Below are positions 29,972 through 38,923 of a stretch of 64,000 nucleotides of DNA, piece after piece. Below the pieces are notes generated by a model. The model saw only the letters and a list, made by a program, of their open reading frames with translations. It was not told the DNA's origin and made no database searches. The stretch is from Candidatus Latescibacterota bacterium (GTDB lineage: Bacteria > Latescibacterota > UBA2968 > GCA-2709665), in assembly GCA_963667175.2 (NCBI GenBank), contig CAXXXF010000016.1:32001-96000 (forward strand), in the 5' to 3' direction. Every line of letters starts with the position of its first letter. Positions within the stretch are counted from its first letter, which is position 1. A program made the translations under genes and the position numbers.

Positions 29972-30000
29972 AAAATGGGATTGTCACGCGATCCCGTTTT
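29972..30000. terminator. Putative intrinsic terminator after lptB
   Basis: AAAATGGGAT...ATCCCGTTTT hairpin. Confidence 0.5.
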
Positions 30001-30143
30001 CCTTATTATTTGGTCACGCAGCCAACGGGTTGCCGAATGAATTTCGAACCGGCAGATCGGTCCGGCCGGGCGAGTGTTGCAATTTGCAACATTTTGATTA
30101 TACGGATTTTAAACGACTATTCGTCAGGGATCCTCAGACGCCG

Positions 30144-31613
30144 ATGATTCAACTGACCCAGACCGTTTCTCTTCAACAGAAGCTGGCGCCGCAGCTCATC
30201 CAGTCCTTGCGGCTCCTGCAGATGCCTTCGCTGGAATTGGAGCAATTGATTCAGCAGGAACTGCAGTCTAATCCGCTTCTGGAAATCTCCGAAGAAAACA
30301 TTCGCGACGACGAGGAATGGGATTTGGAGTCGGGCCGTTCGGATGCGGAAGAACTCGACAGCGGAAGGGAGGATCCGGACGACGGTGATCCTCCGGAACT
30401 TGAATTCGGCGACGCGGCAATGGCCGACGGCCGGTTCGATGAAAATCAGTGGAACGAACTCCTTAACGACGCCGGATATACCGCGCCCCGGCAGGAGTTC
30501 GACCCCAATGCCGAAGAATGGGAGTACGACGGCGCGGGGCAGCAGTCATTGGAAGCGGAATTGCGAGCCCAGCTCTCCCTTACCGATTTGGACGATGAAG
30601 AGCGACAGATCGGTGAGTACATCATCGGCAATATCGACGAAGATGGCTTTCTGCAGGCGGAAGTCGGGGACGTCGCCGACGGGCTCGGGGTAGCGCCGGG
30701 GACCGTGGAGCGAATTCTGGATGTCATACAGACCTTCGATCCACCTGGCGTCGGCGCAAGGAATCTGCAGGAATGCCTGGCGATCCAGCTCCGTGAGCAG
30801 GGGCTGGAGGATTCGCTCGCGATGCGGATCGTGTGCGACCACTGGGACGACCTGGTGAACCGCCGATACATGAAAATAAGCAGGTCACTCGGGGCGGACC
30901 GGGCGGCAATTGCCCACGCCGAAGGCGTGATCTCCGGCCTGAATCCCAAGCCGATGATCTACAGGGAAGGCCGTATCAATCACAATCTGGTTGTCCCCGA
31001 CCTTGAGGTTCAGAAGGTCGGCGATGAGTATGTGGTGTCGCTGATCGACCGCAATCTGCCCACCCTGCGGGTCAGCCCGGTGTACAGGACCCTGTTGAGC
31101 AAGTCGGGCAAACCGGGGAGCCAGGCAAGGAAATTCGTGGTGGATCGCCTGAATTCGGCCCGCTGGTTCATCAGCGCGATCAATCAGCGCCGGACCACCA
31201 TGCTCAAGGTGATGCGGTGTATTGTCGACAACCAACGCGCATTCTTCGACAAGGGCGTCGGATTTCTTAAGCCCATGGTCCTGCAGGAGGTTGCCGACCG
31301 GGTCGAGATGCACGTTTCGACAATCAGCCGCGTCAGCAACGGGAAATACGTACAGACGCCACACGGTGTATTCGAAATGAAGTACTTTTTCGACGGCGGG
31401 TTGTCCCGCAACAACGGCGAAGACATCGCTGCGCGGAGCGTAAAGCAGAAGATCGCCAGGCTGATTGCTGAGGAGAACGCCAGCAGGCCCTTGAGCGATC
31501 AGAAAATCGCCAACCTGCTGAAAGAAGACGGTATCGCTATTGCCCGCCGCACCGTAGCCAAATACAGAGATCAGCTGAAGATCAATCCGGCCAGATACAG
31601 AAAGTCGATCTGA
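30144..31613 (+). CDS. rpoN: RNA polymerase sigma-54 factor
   Basis: Gln/Leu-rich N-terminus, DPPGVGARNLQECL, HVSTISR, RpoN box ARRTVAKYR. Confidence 0.97.
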   Translation: MIQLTQTVSLQQKLAPQLIQSLRLLQMPSLELEQLIQQELQSNPLLEISEENIRDDEEWDLESGRSDAEELDSGREDPDDGDPPELEFGDAAMADGRFDENQWNELLNDAGYTAPRQEFDPNAEEWEYDGAGQQSLEAELRAQLSLTDLDDEERQIGEYIIGNIDEDGFLQAEVGDVADGLGVAPGTVERILDVIQTFDPPGVGARNLQECLAIQLREQGLEDSLAMRIVCDHWDDLVNRRYMKISRSLGADRAAIAHAEGVISGLNPKPMIYREGRINHNLVVPDLEVQKVGDEYVVSLIDRNLPTLRVSPVYRTLLSKSGKPGSQARKFVVDRLNSARWFISAINQRRTTMLKVMRCIVDNQRAFFDKGVGFLKPMVLQEVADRVEMHVSTISRVSNGKYVQTPHGVFEMKYFFDGGLSRNNGEDIAARSVKQKIARLIAEENASRPLSDQKIANLLKEDGIAIARRTVAKYRDQLKINPARYRKSI

Positions 31614-31643
31614 AGGCGGAAAGGCAGCCAGCACCGGAAAGAG

Positions 31644-31701
31644 AAAACCGGCGGAATCCGGAGCGCGGGAGGTAACGCGCTCCGGTCCCGCCGGTTTTTT
31701 T
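31644..31701. terminator. Bidirectional intrinsic terminator
   Basis: AAAACCGGCGG...CCGCCGGTTTTTTT long hairpin between convergent genes. Confidence 0.8.
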
Positions 31702-31745
31702 GTCCCTTTTGCAGGTGTCGTCGACGCCGCCCCGAGTGCCAACGT

Positions 31746-32534
31746 CTATCCGCCGGATTGAACGGCGCTGATTTCGTCCCTTGATATCTTGTGCACGCTT
31801 TTCGGATTGAAGGTCTGCCGCGTGCTCGAACGGAGAGCAACTTCGATTCTTCCTCCGGTCAAGACGAAAAACTGGAGGAGGAACCCACCGCCCTGCATCG
31901 ACTCCACCTGAAATTCATCGGGGTCCATCCCGTGGACCCATTCAGGCAGACGCGCCTCGAAACGGGCATCGGCGCAAACGGATTCCGGCAGTGCCATGAC
32001 AAGCGCTCCGGGTGACTGGCTGAGGGCCTCACCGATGGTCCTCCGGATCCGGGCCAGATAGGGAATCACCTTCCCGGCGTAATCGAAGTCGTCTTCCGCG
32101 CCCCGCGCGGGCGGAACGATACCCCACGTCACGTGGTGGATGAAAGGATTGCCGTGACCCTGTGCGAGCATGTGGTCGCGTGCCGCTTCATCCACGGGAT
32201 GGACGACCGCGACGTAGTCGAACCAGCCCATTCCGCGAGCGGGGCTGTCCTCAGGGAGTCCCGACGACACGTTGATGTAGTCGTGCCCGTCCACCGGCGA
32301 CGGATAGCATCGGTTGTCCCAGCCGGAGACGTAACCGATGCGCTTCAAACGGCCGGCAACGAGATGCGGGGGATCGACGAATATGGCCGCATGGTCAGGA
32401 TTCGGCAATAAAGGCACGCCGGCGGCTGAGATTTTTCGAGCGACGTCGAGCGCCTCACGCAGCCGCTCCGGCGCGTTGAAGATGCCGAGTTGCTCATTGA
32501 AATCGTCAGGCAGGATCACGTTCCCGGGCATCAT
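31746..32534 (-). CDS. Hypothetical protein, VOC/HPPD-like metal-binding motifs
   Basis: DHAA, IHHVTW, FLLQFF...IEVALR...TFN; GGAGA SD before the ATG. Confidence 0.6.
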   Translation of the reverse strand: MMPGNVILPDDFNEQLGIFNAPERLREALDVARKISAAGVPLLPNPDHAAIFVDPPHLVAGRLKRIGYVSGWDNRCYPSPVDGHDYINVSSGLPEDSPARGMGWFDYVAVVHPVDEAARDHMLAQGHGNPFIHHVTWGIVPPARGAEDDFDYAGKVIPYLARIRRTIGEALSQSPGALVMALPESVCADARFEARLPEWVHGMDPDEFQVESMQGGGFLLQFFVLTGGRIEVALRSSTRQTFNPKSVHKISRDEISAVQSGG

Positions 32535-32926
32535 TCTCTCCTTTGGCAGTCCGTTGGAAAAGTCGCTCTGCAGGCGAGGCCAGGTGACAGAGGAGCCCCC
32601 GACAGGTAAAATTGCCTGACCCTGACGCGGTGTCAAGCGGAATCCGGTTTGGGGAGTCGAACAGAGTTCGGTTTACAGGCTGTCACTCGCGCCGCCGGCG
32701 CGCCCGCGCGAATACCCGATGGGCCGCGGATTGGAACCCGACGCGACAGACTCGCATGAACACCCGTCGCGACCGTGAAACCGGTCGTGCTTTCTTAGTG
32801 TCCGCGGGCGAGTTTTCAATTTCGGGTTCCATACTGAAAACTCTATTCAAGTCAGTGCAGAACGGGGCAGCAGTTCTCCGAACATAATCCTATGATAAAA
32901 TTTCATTTACGTTCGGCCATCCCAAC

Positions 32927-32942
32927 TGGCACAGGGATTGCA
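32927..32942 (+). promoter_or_regulatory. sigma54 (-24/-12) promoter
   Basis: TGGCACAGGGATTGCA matches TGGCAC-N5-TTGCW with exact spacing, about 40 nt upstream of the GTG start. Confidence 0.7.
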
Positions 32943-32980
32943 GCCCGCTGAAGTGTCGACACTTGCGGGAGGAGAATCGC

Positions 32981-35900
32981 GTGAAACCGGTCATTTTGCT
33001 CATTATCGGGTTTCAGTTCCTGGGACAGAACGCGTTGCGGGCCGAGATGATCGCGACGCCGGATACGCTTCGCTTCGGCCCGGTACGCATCGGGACTTCC
33101 GTGCTGGACAGTGCCGTTGTGGTGAACAGAGGACAGGCCGACATGACGTTAACCTCCGCCGATATCGACGGGACTGCCTTCCATTTGCCGGTCGATTTCA
33201 CCGACGGCGAAGGCATTACGCTGTCTCCCGAACAGACCATGAGCGTGCGGGTTCGGTTTGCCCCGGCGGACCAGGCAGACTATTCGTCAACTCTGACCAT
33301 CGGGACCGGCGGCGGCGTCCTGAATGTAGCGATGGAGGGCGAAGGCGTTCGCGAAGTGGTTGTCATTCAGGAGATCCTCGCCGACCCGCCGCCAAACGCG
33401 GACGGCGACGCCAACCGGGACGGCAAACGCCACGCAAGTGAGGACGAATTCGTAGAACTGCTCAATATTGGGCGGCGGAGCGTCCAGCTGGATGGATGGC
33501 AACTGAGCGACGCGGGAACCCCGCCTGGTTCGAGATTCACGTTTCCGGAAAACACCGTGTTGGAACCCGGCGAGCGCGTGGTTCTGTTCGGGGGTGGCAA
33601 ACCCGCAGGCATTCCAGGATCCGTGTTCGTGCATGACGGAGCCATTGGCGGAGGTCTGAACAATGGGGGCGACGAGGTCTTCCTGATCGATCCAGCCGTG
33701 CCGGATACCGTGGCGACCGCGGCCTATGGCGCCGAAGGGAACAGAAACCAATCCCTGGTGCGCCACCCGCAAGGACGGGGACCGTTCGTTCCACATAGTT
33801 CGTTCCCAGGCGACGGCGCTCTATATTCCCCGGGCCGGGCGCGCACGCTCATACGACGGAGCGACGTCGCATTGAGGGCCAGAGTGGTGATCGACGAGGT
33901 GTTGGCGGACCCTGCGGCGGGCCCGGACGGCGACGCCAACCGGGACGGCGTCAGAGACGGCAAGAAGGACGAGTTTGTCGAAATCTGGAACGTTGACTCG
34001 AAGCCGGTGACAATAGGCGGCTGGTGGCTCAGCGACGACGACGTGGGGAAGAAGAATGAGAGGTTTCATTTTCCTGACGGACTGGTACTTGAACCTGGAA
34101 CGCGCGCGGTGCTGTTCGGCGGTGGCGAACCAAAGGATCTGCCGGGACCCGTATTCGTAGACAACGGCAGCATCGGTAACGGACTGACCAATAAGGGAGA
34201 CCGGGTGTTGTTGGTCGATCCGGTTGCTAATGATACGGTGGCGGTGGCCGACTTCCGGGTAAAGGGCGACCTGAACCGATCCGTAGTGAGATTCGCGGAG
34301 GGCGTCTACGTTCCGCACCCGGACGTACCGGGCGGCGGGGGCATCTCGCCCGGTCTTCCGCACCCGAAACCCGCGCCTCCGGGGGGATCCGAACGATCCC
34401 CCCGTCCCGAGTTTCTGGATGCGCCTCCATCCTGGTGCAGGGTTGGCGCGCTCTGTCGGTTCGTGCCCAGAATTCGTAATCTGGACGGCGGATACGTGCG
34501 TCTGGAAACCCGCGCGCAGGGCGTTGTGTGGGATCGATTCACGGGTGAAATACGCTGGCGGCCGGATAGGGAAGGGCGTTTTCGTTTCTGGCAGACCGCG
34601 GTCAGTGGCTCGGGGGCGAAGACCGTCAGGCAGTTTGACGTGCGGGTCGAACCCCGGCCGCAGATTGCAATCGTCGAAATCCTGGCTGACCCTCCGCCGG
34701 GTCCGGTCGGAGACGTGAATCGGGACGGGACCCGTGACAGCCGGGAGGATGAATTCGTGGAGATCCAGAACAGAGGAGCGGATCCGGTCTGGATAACAGA
34801 CTGGCGGTTGAGCGACGATGACGTCTCTTCACGCCGGCAATTCAGGTTTCCGGACTTCACGAGACTTCGTCCCGGCGAACGCACCGTACTGTTCGGGGGA
34901 GGGCGCCCTGAAGGATTCGAGTGTCAGGTTTTCGTGGACGACGGCAGTATCGGCAACGGTTTGACGGATACGGCGGACGTGATCCTGCTGATAGATCCCG
35001 TACTGAACGATACGCTCGCCAGGGCGGCCTACAACGCAGAAGGCGATATCGACCAGTCTCTGGTGTGGGACGGGACCGGCTGGGTCCCTCACCGGACACT
35101 TCCGGGACGAGGGGTCTATTCGCCGGGATTGCCGTCTGAATCGGGTACGGTGTTCGCGGAACACGACGGGAACCGGCAAAGCGACGGCGCAGGACCGAAT
35201 GCCGGAGAAACGAGTTCTGGCGATCCGTTGGGGCCGGCAGGGGTGATGATCAGCGAAATACTCGCGAACCCCGCCACCGGTTCGGACGGCGACGCCAACG
35301 CCGATGGAGAACGTCACGGATATCGGGATGAATTCGTCGAACTGTGGAATACGGGACCCGACACTGCCCTTCTGGAAGGTTGCAGGCTTGGGGACGACGA
35401 CACCCGGTGGAACCGTATGTTCGGATTTCCCGCCGGTACGATGCTTCCGCCAGAAGGGTTCCTGGTCCTTTTTGGCGGCGGTACGCTCAAGGATTTCACG
35501 GGGGCCGCATTTACGGACGACGGTCGGATCGGCGACGGCCTCTCGAATGCTGGCGATACCGTCGTTTTTCTGTCACCCGACGGCGAGGATACGCTGGACG
35601 TGGTCAGCTTTGGAAGCGCTCCCTCAGGAACCTCCCTGGTCCGCCGCGAGGATGCCACGCTCCAACGTCACGATCTTCTGCCACACACCGGGTTGATCTC
35701 ACCGGGCCGAGCGGCGCCGTTGCTGGTCGCCATTCGCGTTGTGCCTGACACGATTGGCATGGAACCCGGGTCCATCCGCGTTGTCGCCGCGGAGGGGGTT
35801 TTCGATTCCGAAGACCGGGTGGACGTAACGGGCGATCTGACCTGGATCGTGGAGGACTCCGCGGTAGTCCGACTTGAACCCGGGCTGCAATTGCGCGCTC

Positions 35901-37318
35901 TCGCGCCAGGTGAGACGGCGGTGCATGCGCGATTCGGGCGTCTATCGTCACATGCCGTCGTCAGGGTTTTTTCGGAGACGACGGACGAAAGCGGCGATCC
36001 GGACGACGAGGATGGCGGCGGCGCGGGTCCCGCTGCAAATCTCCCGCCAGTGATCCTTTCACGCCCCGATACGCTGGTCATCGCAGGCCTGAAGTACGCG
36101 TACCGGCCGACCGCCGAGGATCCCGAGGGAGATTCCGTGGTCTTTTCTGCGCCACGGAAACCGGCATGGCTGCACTGGACGGGATCCCGATTGCACGGAA
36201 TGCCTGAAGATGCCGGATTCTGGCCGGCTGCCGTCATGGCGACCGACGGTCGTGACACAACAGAACAGGCGTTCACCATCCGGGTTGTGAGGCCCGTTTT
36301 TTCACGGGCAGGCCGGCCGGACAGCATCGCCTACGTCGGTGTGACATGGCGGCTGTCTATGGATCCAAGCCACGGGATTCAGGTCCAGGCGGATGGCGGA
36401 CCCGTTCCCGAATCGTCGGGCGAATCCCTCGTGTGGCGCCCGCAAACCGGCGACGAAGGCCGGCGGGAAATCACGGTTTCGATAAGCGGACACGGCTCGG
36501 CAAGCCTGGTCCTGACGTTCCGGATCATGGTCCGTCCACGGCCGCAGATCCGGGTCGCGGAGATCCTGGTCGATCCGGTCGAGGACGTAAGCGGAGATGG
36601 AGGCCTTGACCGTTTCGGGGATCAATTCATCGAATTGCTCAATTCCGCCGAATTCGAAGTGGATCTGTCCGACTGGACGCTCGGTGATGACGACGGGGAG
36701 CCGTTTGAATTCCCACGGGGAACGGTATTGACTGGGGGAGAACGATTGACCCTCTTCGGGGGAGGGCTGCGCGAGGACCGGAAGGGCCGGTTCAGCGCGG
36801 GCGGGCGAATCGGAAACGGTCTGGACGAAGCGGACCGGCTCCTGCTGATCGCGCCGGCCGGACCGGATACGCTCGTCGATATCCGCTATACCGGCGGGCT
36901 GATCGGCGCGTCTCTCGTTCCCGACCCGGAGAACCGCGGCAGTTGGCTGCCCCACAACCGGATTTCAGGTCTGCCGTTTTCGCCGGGGCTTGCCGAATCT
37001 GCAGCGGATTCCGCTGAGGCCCGCGCGGAATTCACCGCCAATGGAACTGAGGCGGTTCCGGCTCACCCGTTTCCAAACCCTTTTAACGTTCACACGACCA
37101 TCGGGTTTCGCGCCTCCGGCGATCCGGCTGAATTAACGGTTTACAACGTTCTCGGACAACCCGTACGGCGGTTTCCGGCCGCAGAGCGGGCGGGTTTTCA
37201 GCAACTGGTATGGGACGGTCGCGACGATCTGGGGCGACCTGTGGGAACGGGCGTATACCTCATTCGACTTCGAAACGGATTGCACGTCCGCACAATGCGC
37301 GTGGTACTGGTAAAATGA
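32981..37318 (+). CDS. Large secreted protein: ASH/Ig domain, five lamin-tail domains, Ig-like domains, C-terminal FlgD-Ig/T9SS-like sorting domain
   Basis: Signal peptide; 5 repeats of EILxxP..GDxNxDG..D(E/Q)F(V/I)E..N..W.LxD..F.FP..LFGGG..IGxGL; C-terminal FPNPFN...WDGRDD.G..V.TGVY. Confidence 0.85.
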   Translation: MKPVILLIIGFQFLGQNALRAEMIATPDTLRFGPVRIGTSVLDSAVVVNRGQADMTLTSADIDGTAFHLPVDFTDGEGITLSPEQTMSVRVRFAPADQADYSSTLTIGTGGGVLNVAMEGEGVREVVVIQEILADPPPNADGDANRDGKRHASEDEFVELLNIGRRSVQLDGWQLSDAGTPPGSRFTFPENTVLEPGERVVLFGGGKPAGIPGSVFVHDGAIGGGLNNGGDEVFLIDPAVPDTVATAAYGAEGNRNQSLVRHPQGRGPFVPHSSFPGDGALYSPGRARTLIRRSDVALRARVVIDEVLADPAAGPDGDANRDGVRDGKKDEFVEIWNVDSKPVTIGGWWLSDDDVGKKNERFHFPDGLVLEPGTRAVLFGGGEPKDLPGPVFVDNGSIGNGLTNKGDRVLLVDPVANDTVAVADFRVKGDLNRSVVRFAEGVYVPHPDVPGGGGISPGLPHPKPAPPGGSERSPRPEFLDAPPSWCRVGALCRFVPRIRNLDGGYVRLETRAQGVVWDRFTGEIRWRPDREGRFRFWQTAVSGSGAKTVRQFDVRVEPRPQIAIVEILADPPPGPVGDVNRDGTRDSREDEFVEIQNRGADPVWITDWRLSDDDVSSRRQFRFPDFTRLRPGERTVLFGGGRPEGFECQVFVDDGSIGNGLTDTADVILLIDPVLNDTLARAAYNAEGDIDQSLVWDGTGWVPHRTLPGRGVYSPGLPSESGTVFAEHDGNRQSDGAGPNAGETSSGDPLGPAGVMISEILANPATGSDGDANADGERHGYRDEFVELWNTGPDTALLEGCRLGDDDTRWNRMFGFPAGTMLPPEGFLVLFGGGTLKDFTGAAFTDDGRIGDGLSNAGDTVVFLSPDGEDTLDVVSFGSAPSGTSLVRREDATLQRHDLLPHTGLISPGRAAPLLVAIRVVPDTIGMEPGSIRVVAAEGVFDSEDRVDVTGDLTWIVEDSAVVRLEPGLQLRALAPGETAVHARFGRLSSHAVVRVFSETTDESGDPDDEDGGGAGPAANLPPVILSRPDTLVIAGLKYAYRPTAEDPEGDSVVFSAPRKPAWLHWTGSRLHGMPEDAGFWPAAVMATDGRDTTEQAFTIRVVRPVFSRAGRPDSIAYVGVTWRLSMDPSHGIQVQADGGPVPESSGESLVWRPQTGDEGRREITVSISGHGSASLVLTFRIMVRPRPQIRVAEILVDPVEDVSGDGGLDRFGDQFIELLNSAEFEVDLSDWTLGDDDGEPFEFPRGTVLTGGERLTLFGGGLREDRKGRFSAGGRIGNGLDEADRLLLIAPAGPDTLVDIRYTGGLIGASLVPDPENRGSWLPHNRISGLPFSPGLAESAADSAEARAEFTANGTEAVPAHPFPNPFNVHTTIGFRASGDPAELTVYNVLGQPVRRFPAAERAGFQQLVWDGRDDLGRPVGTGVYLIRLRNGLHVRTMRVVLVK

Positions 37319-37505
37319 CCCGGGAGAGAATCGACGCGCAACCGCGTGCGTCGAAGAAACAACACTGCAATTGTCGCCGTTCAGTGTGCCGCGAATGGTT
37401 CGGGCAGGCCGCCGCCGTGCAGACGTTGAGAACAAGCGACGTTGTTCGCCGGCTTGCTCGATCGTGTTTGGCACGAAAATTCATCGAGGAAAGGAGGTGA
37501 ATTTC

Positions 37506-37766
37506 ATGGCGCAGCCCGAGATTACGTTCAGGCATGGTTCCTGCAGCGCTTCGGTATTTGAGAACGAATACAACCGCGGCAAGGAGAGCTTCAACGTCCG
37601 AACGGTTTCGTTCCAGAAGAGCTACCGGGACAAGCAGGGCGAGTGGCAGCGTTCCAGCAGCCTGGATGTGAACGATATACCGAAAGCAATTCTGGTACTC
37701 AACAAAGCCTATGAGTACCTGACGTCCAACGGCCGGGCCGAAGTCGAAGAAGAAGCTGCAAGCTGA
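37506..37766 (+). CDS. Small conserved hypothetical protein (possible PC4/Whirly-like ssDNA-binding fold)
   Basis: Strong SD AAGGAGGTGA; ASVFEN...VSFQKSYRDKQGEW...DIPK. Confidence 0.7.
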   Translation: MAQPEITFRHGSCSASVFENEYNRGKESFNVRTVSFQKSYRDKQGEWQRSSSLDVNDIPKAILVLNKAYEYLTSNGRAEVEEEAAS

Positions 37767-37791
37767 AACACGATTTACCGTCCATTGCGAC

Positions 37792-37830
37792 GAGGGATAA
37801 CCGGCGCGTCCTTCCGGTTATCCCTCTTTT
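37792..37830 (+). terminator. Intrinsic terminator
   Basis: 13-bp perfect stem GAGGGATAACCGG/CCGGTTATCCCTC followed by a T tract. Confidence 0.8.
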
Positions 37831-37926
37831 GCATATTCAAGGTTCTATTGTTGTTTCCAAGACGATTTGTTCGTATCTTCGGTGGAACGTGAATCGGAAG
37901 GGATAACGAGCCTGTGGAGCGTTCTC

Positions 37927-38847
37927 ATGGAAGACGAGCAGATCAATGTTGAGAAATCTCTGCGCCGGCTGACCGGCGAACTGCAGAATTTCCAGGACAT
38001 CGTCAAGCATATCAAGCCGCCTTCGGGTGAAATCCCGGAATTGGACGGAATCGATATTTTCGGGGAAACCATTCCGCTGTACGACCAGATCGGCGGGGAC
38101 CACATCATATATATCGACTTCAAGAAACGTTACGATCTGGAGGCGCGAGTCAGGCAGGCGGAGAACGAGGGCCGCATCTGTGTAGCCGCAAACCTGAGTA
38201 GATGCCGAAGGATGGCCGGGATTGCGCTTGTGGATGTGTCGGGTCACCAGATCACAGATGCGATGCTGGCAGGCATGCTGCACGGCGCATTCCTGCTAGG
38301 CGCGATATATGAATTGGACCAGTTTGGTACTATCACCGAGAAACTCTTCGAGAACCTGAACACCAGGATCTACAATTCTTCCAGCGTGAGCAAGTTCCTG
38401 ACGATGATCTACGGGGAAATCAGCGAAGACGAGACGTTCAAGTTCCTTTCTGCCGCACACCCGATGCCGATTGTCTTTTCCAATGCCCAGAATCGGATTA
38501 TGGACATCAGTGAAGACCTGTTTGTGAATTTTCCTCCGATAGGCACGTTGCCATCGAAGGAGGATATCGACCGGGAGGCGGTCCAGAGTGTACTCGGCTT
38601 CAAGGAGAAATACGAGATCAATGAATGGACGCTGAAGGGTTCCGGAGACATCCTCTTGCTGTATACCGATGGATTGACGGACCACCGCCGGGGAGACGAA
38701 GAGTATTTCCCCATTGGCCTCGAATCCGTACTTCGCAGGGAAAAAGAGCGCTCGGCACGCGGAATTTTCGAAGCCATCAAGAAGGACCTGCTCGACTTCG
38801 GCCAACCCGTAGACGATATCAGTCTTGTTGTCATAAAGAGGACGTAG
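37927..38847 (+). CDS. PP2C/SpoIIE family Ser/Thr phosphatase
   Basis: IGGDH, VDVSGH, SAAHP, LLYTDGL, DDISLVVI. Confidence 0.85.
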   Translation: MEDEQINVEKSLRRLTGELQNFQDIVKHIKPPSGEIPELDGIDIFGETIPLYDQIGGDHIIYIDFKKRYDLEARVRQAENEGRICVAANLSRCRRMAGIALVDVSGHQITDAMLAGMLHGAFLLGAIYELDQFGTITEKLFENLNTRIYNSSSVSKFLTMIYGEISEDETFKFLSAAHPMPIVFSNAQNRIMDISEDLFVNFPPIGTLPSKEDIDREAVQSVLGFKEKYEINEWTLKGSGDILLLYTDGLTDHRRGDEEYFPIGLESVLRREKERSARGIFEAIKKDLLDFGQPVDDISLVVIKRT

Positions 38848-38923
38848 CAGCATCCCTCCGGCCGCGGGCGTCGAATAGCCGGACCGGATCCGATACGGAC
38901 GAAGTACCGCAGGAGGCAATGCC

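Noticed and set aside
33355-36990. Repeated DNA segments considered as a CRISPR or tandem array
   Set aside because: These are diverged coding repeats (lamin-tail domains); there is no repeat-spacer periodicity anywhere in the window
37469-37484. TGGCACGAAAATTCAT as a sigma54 promoter
   Set aside because: It lacks the -12 GC and would place the start site inside the SD
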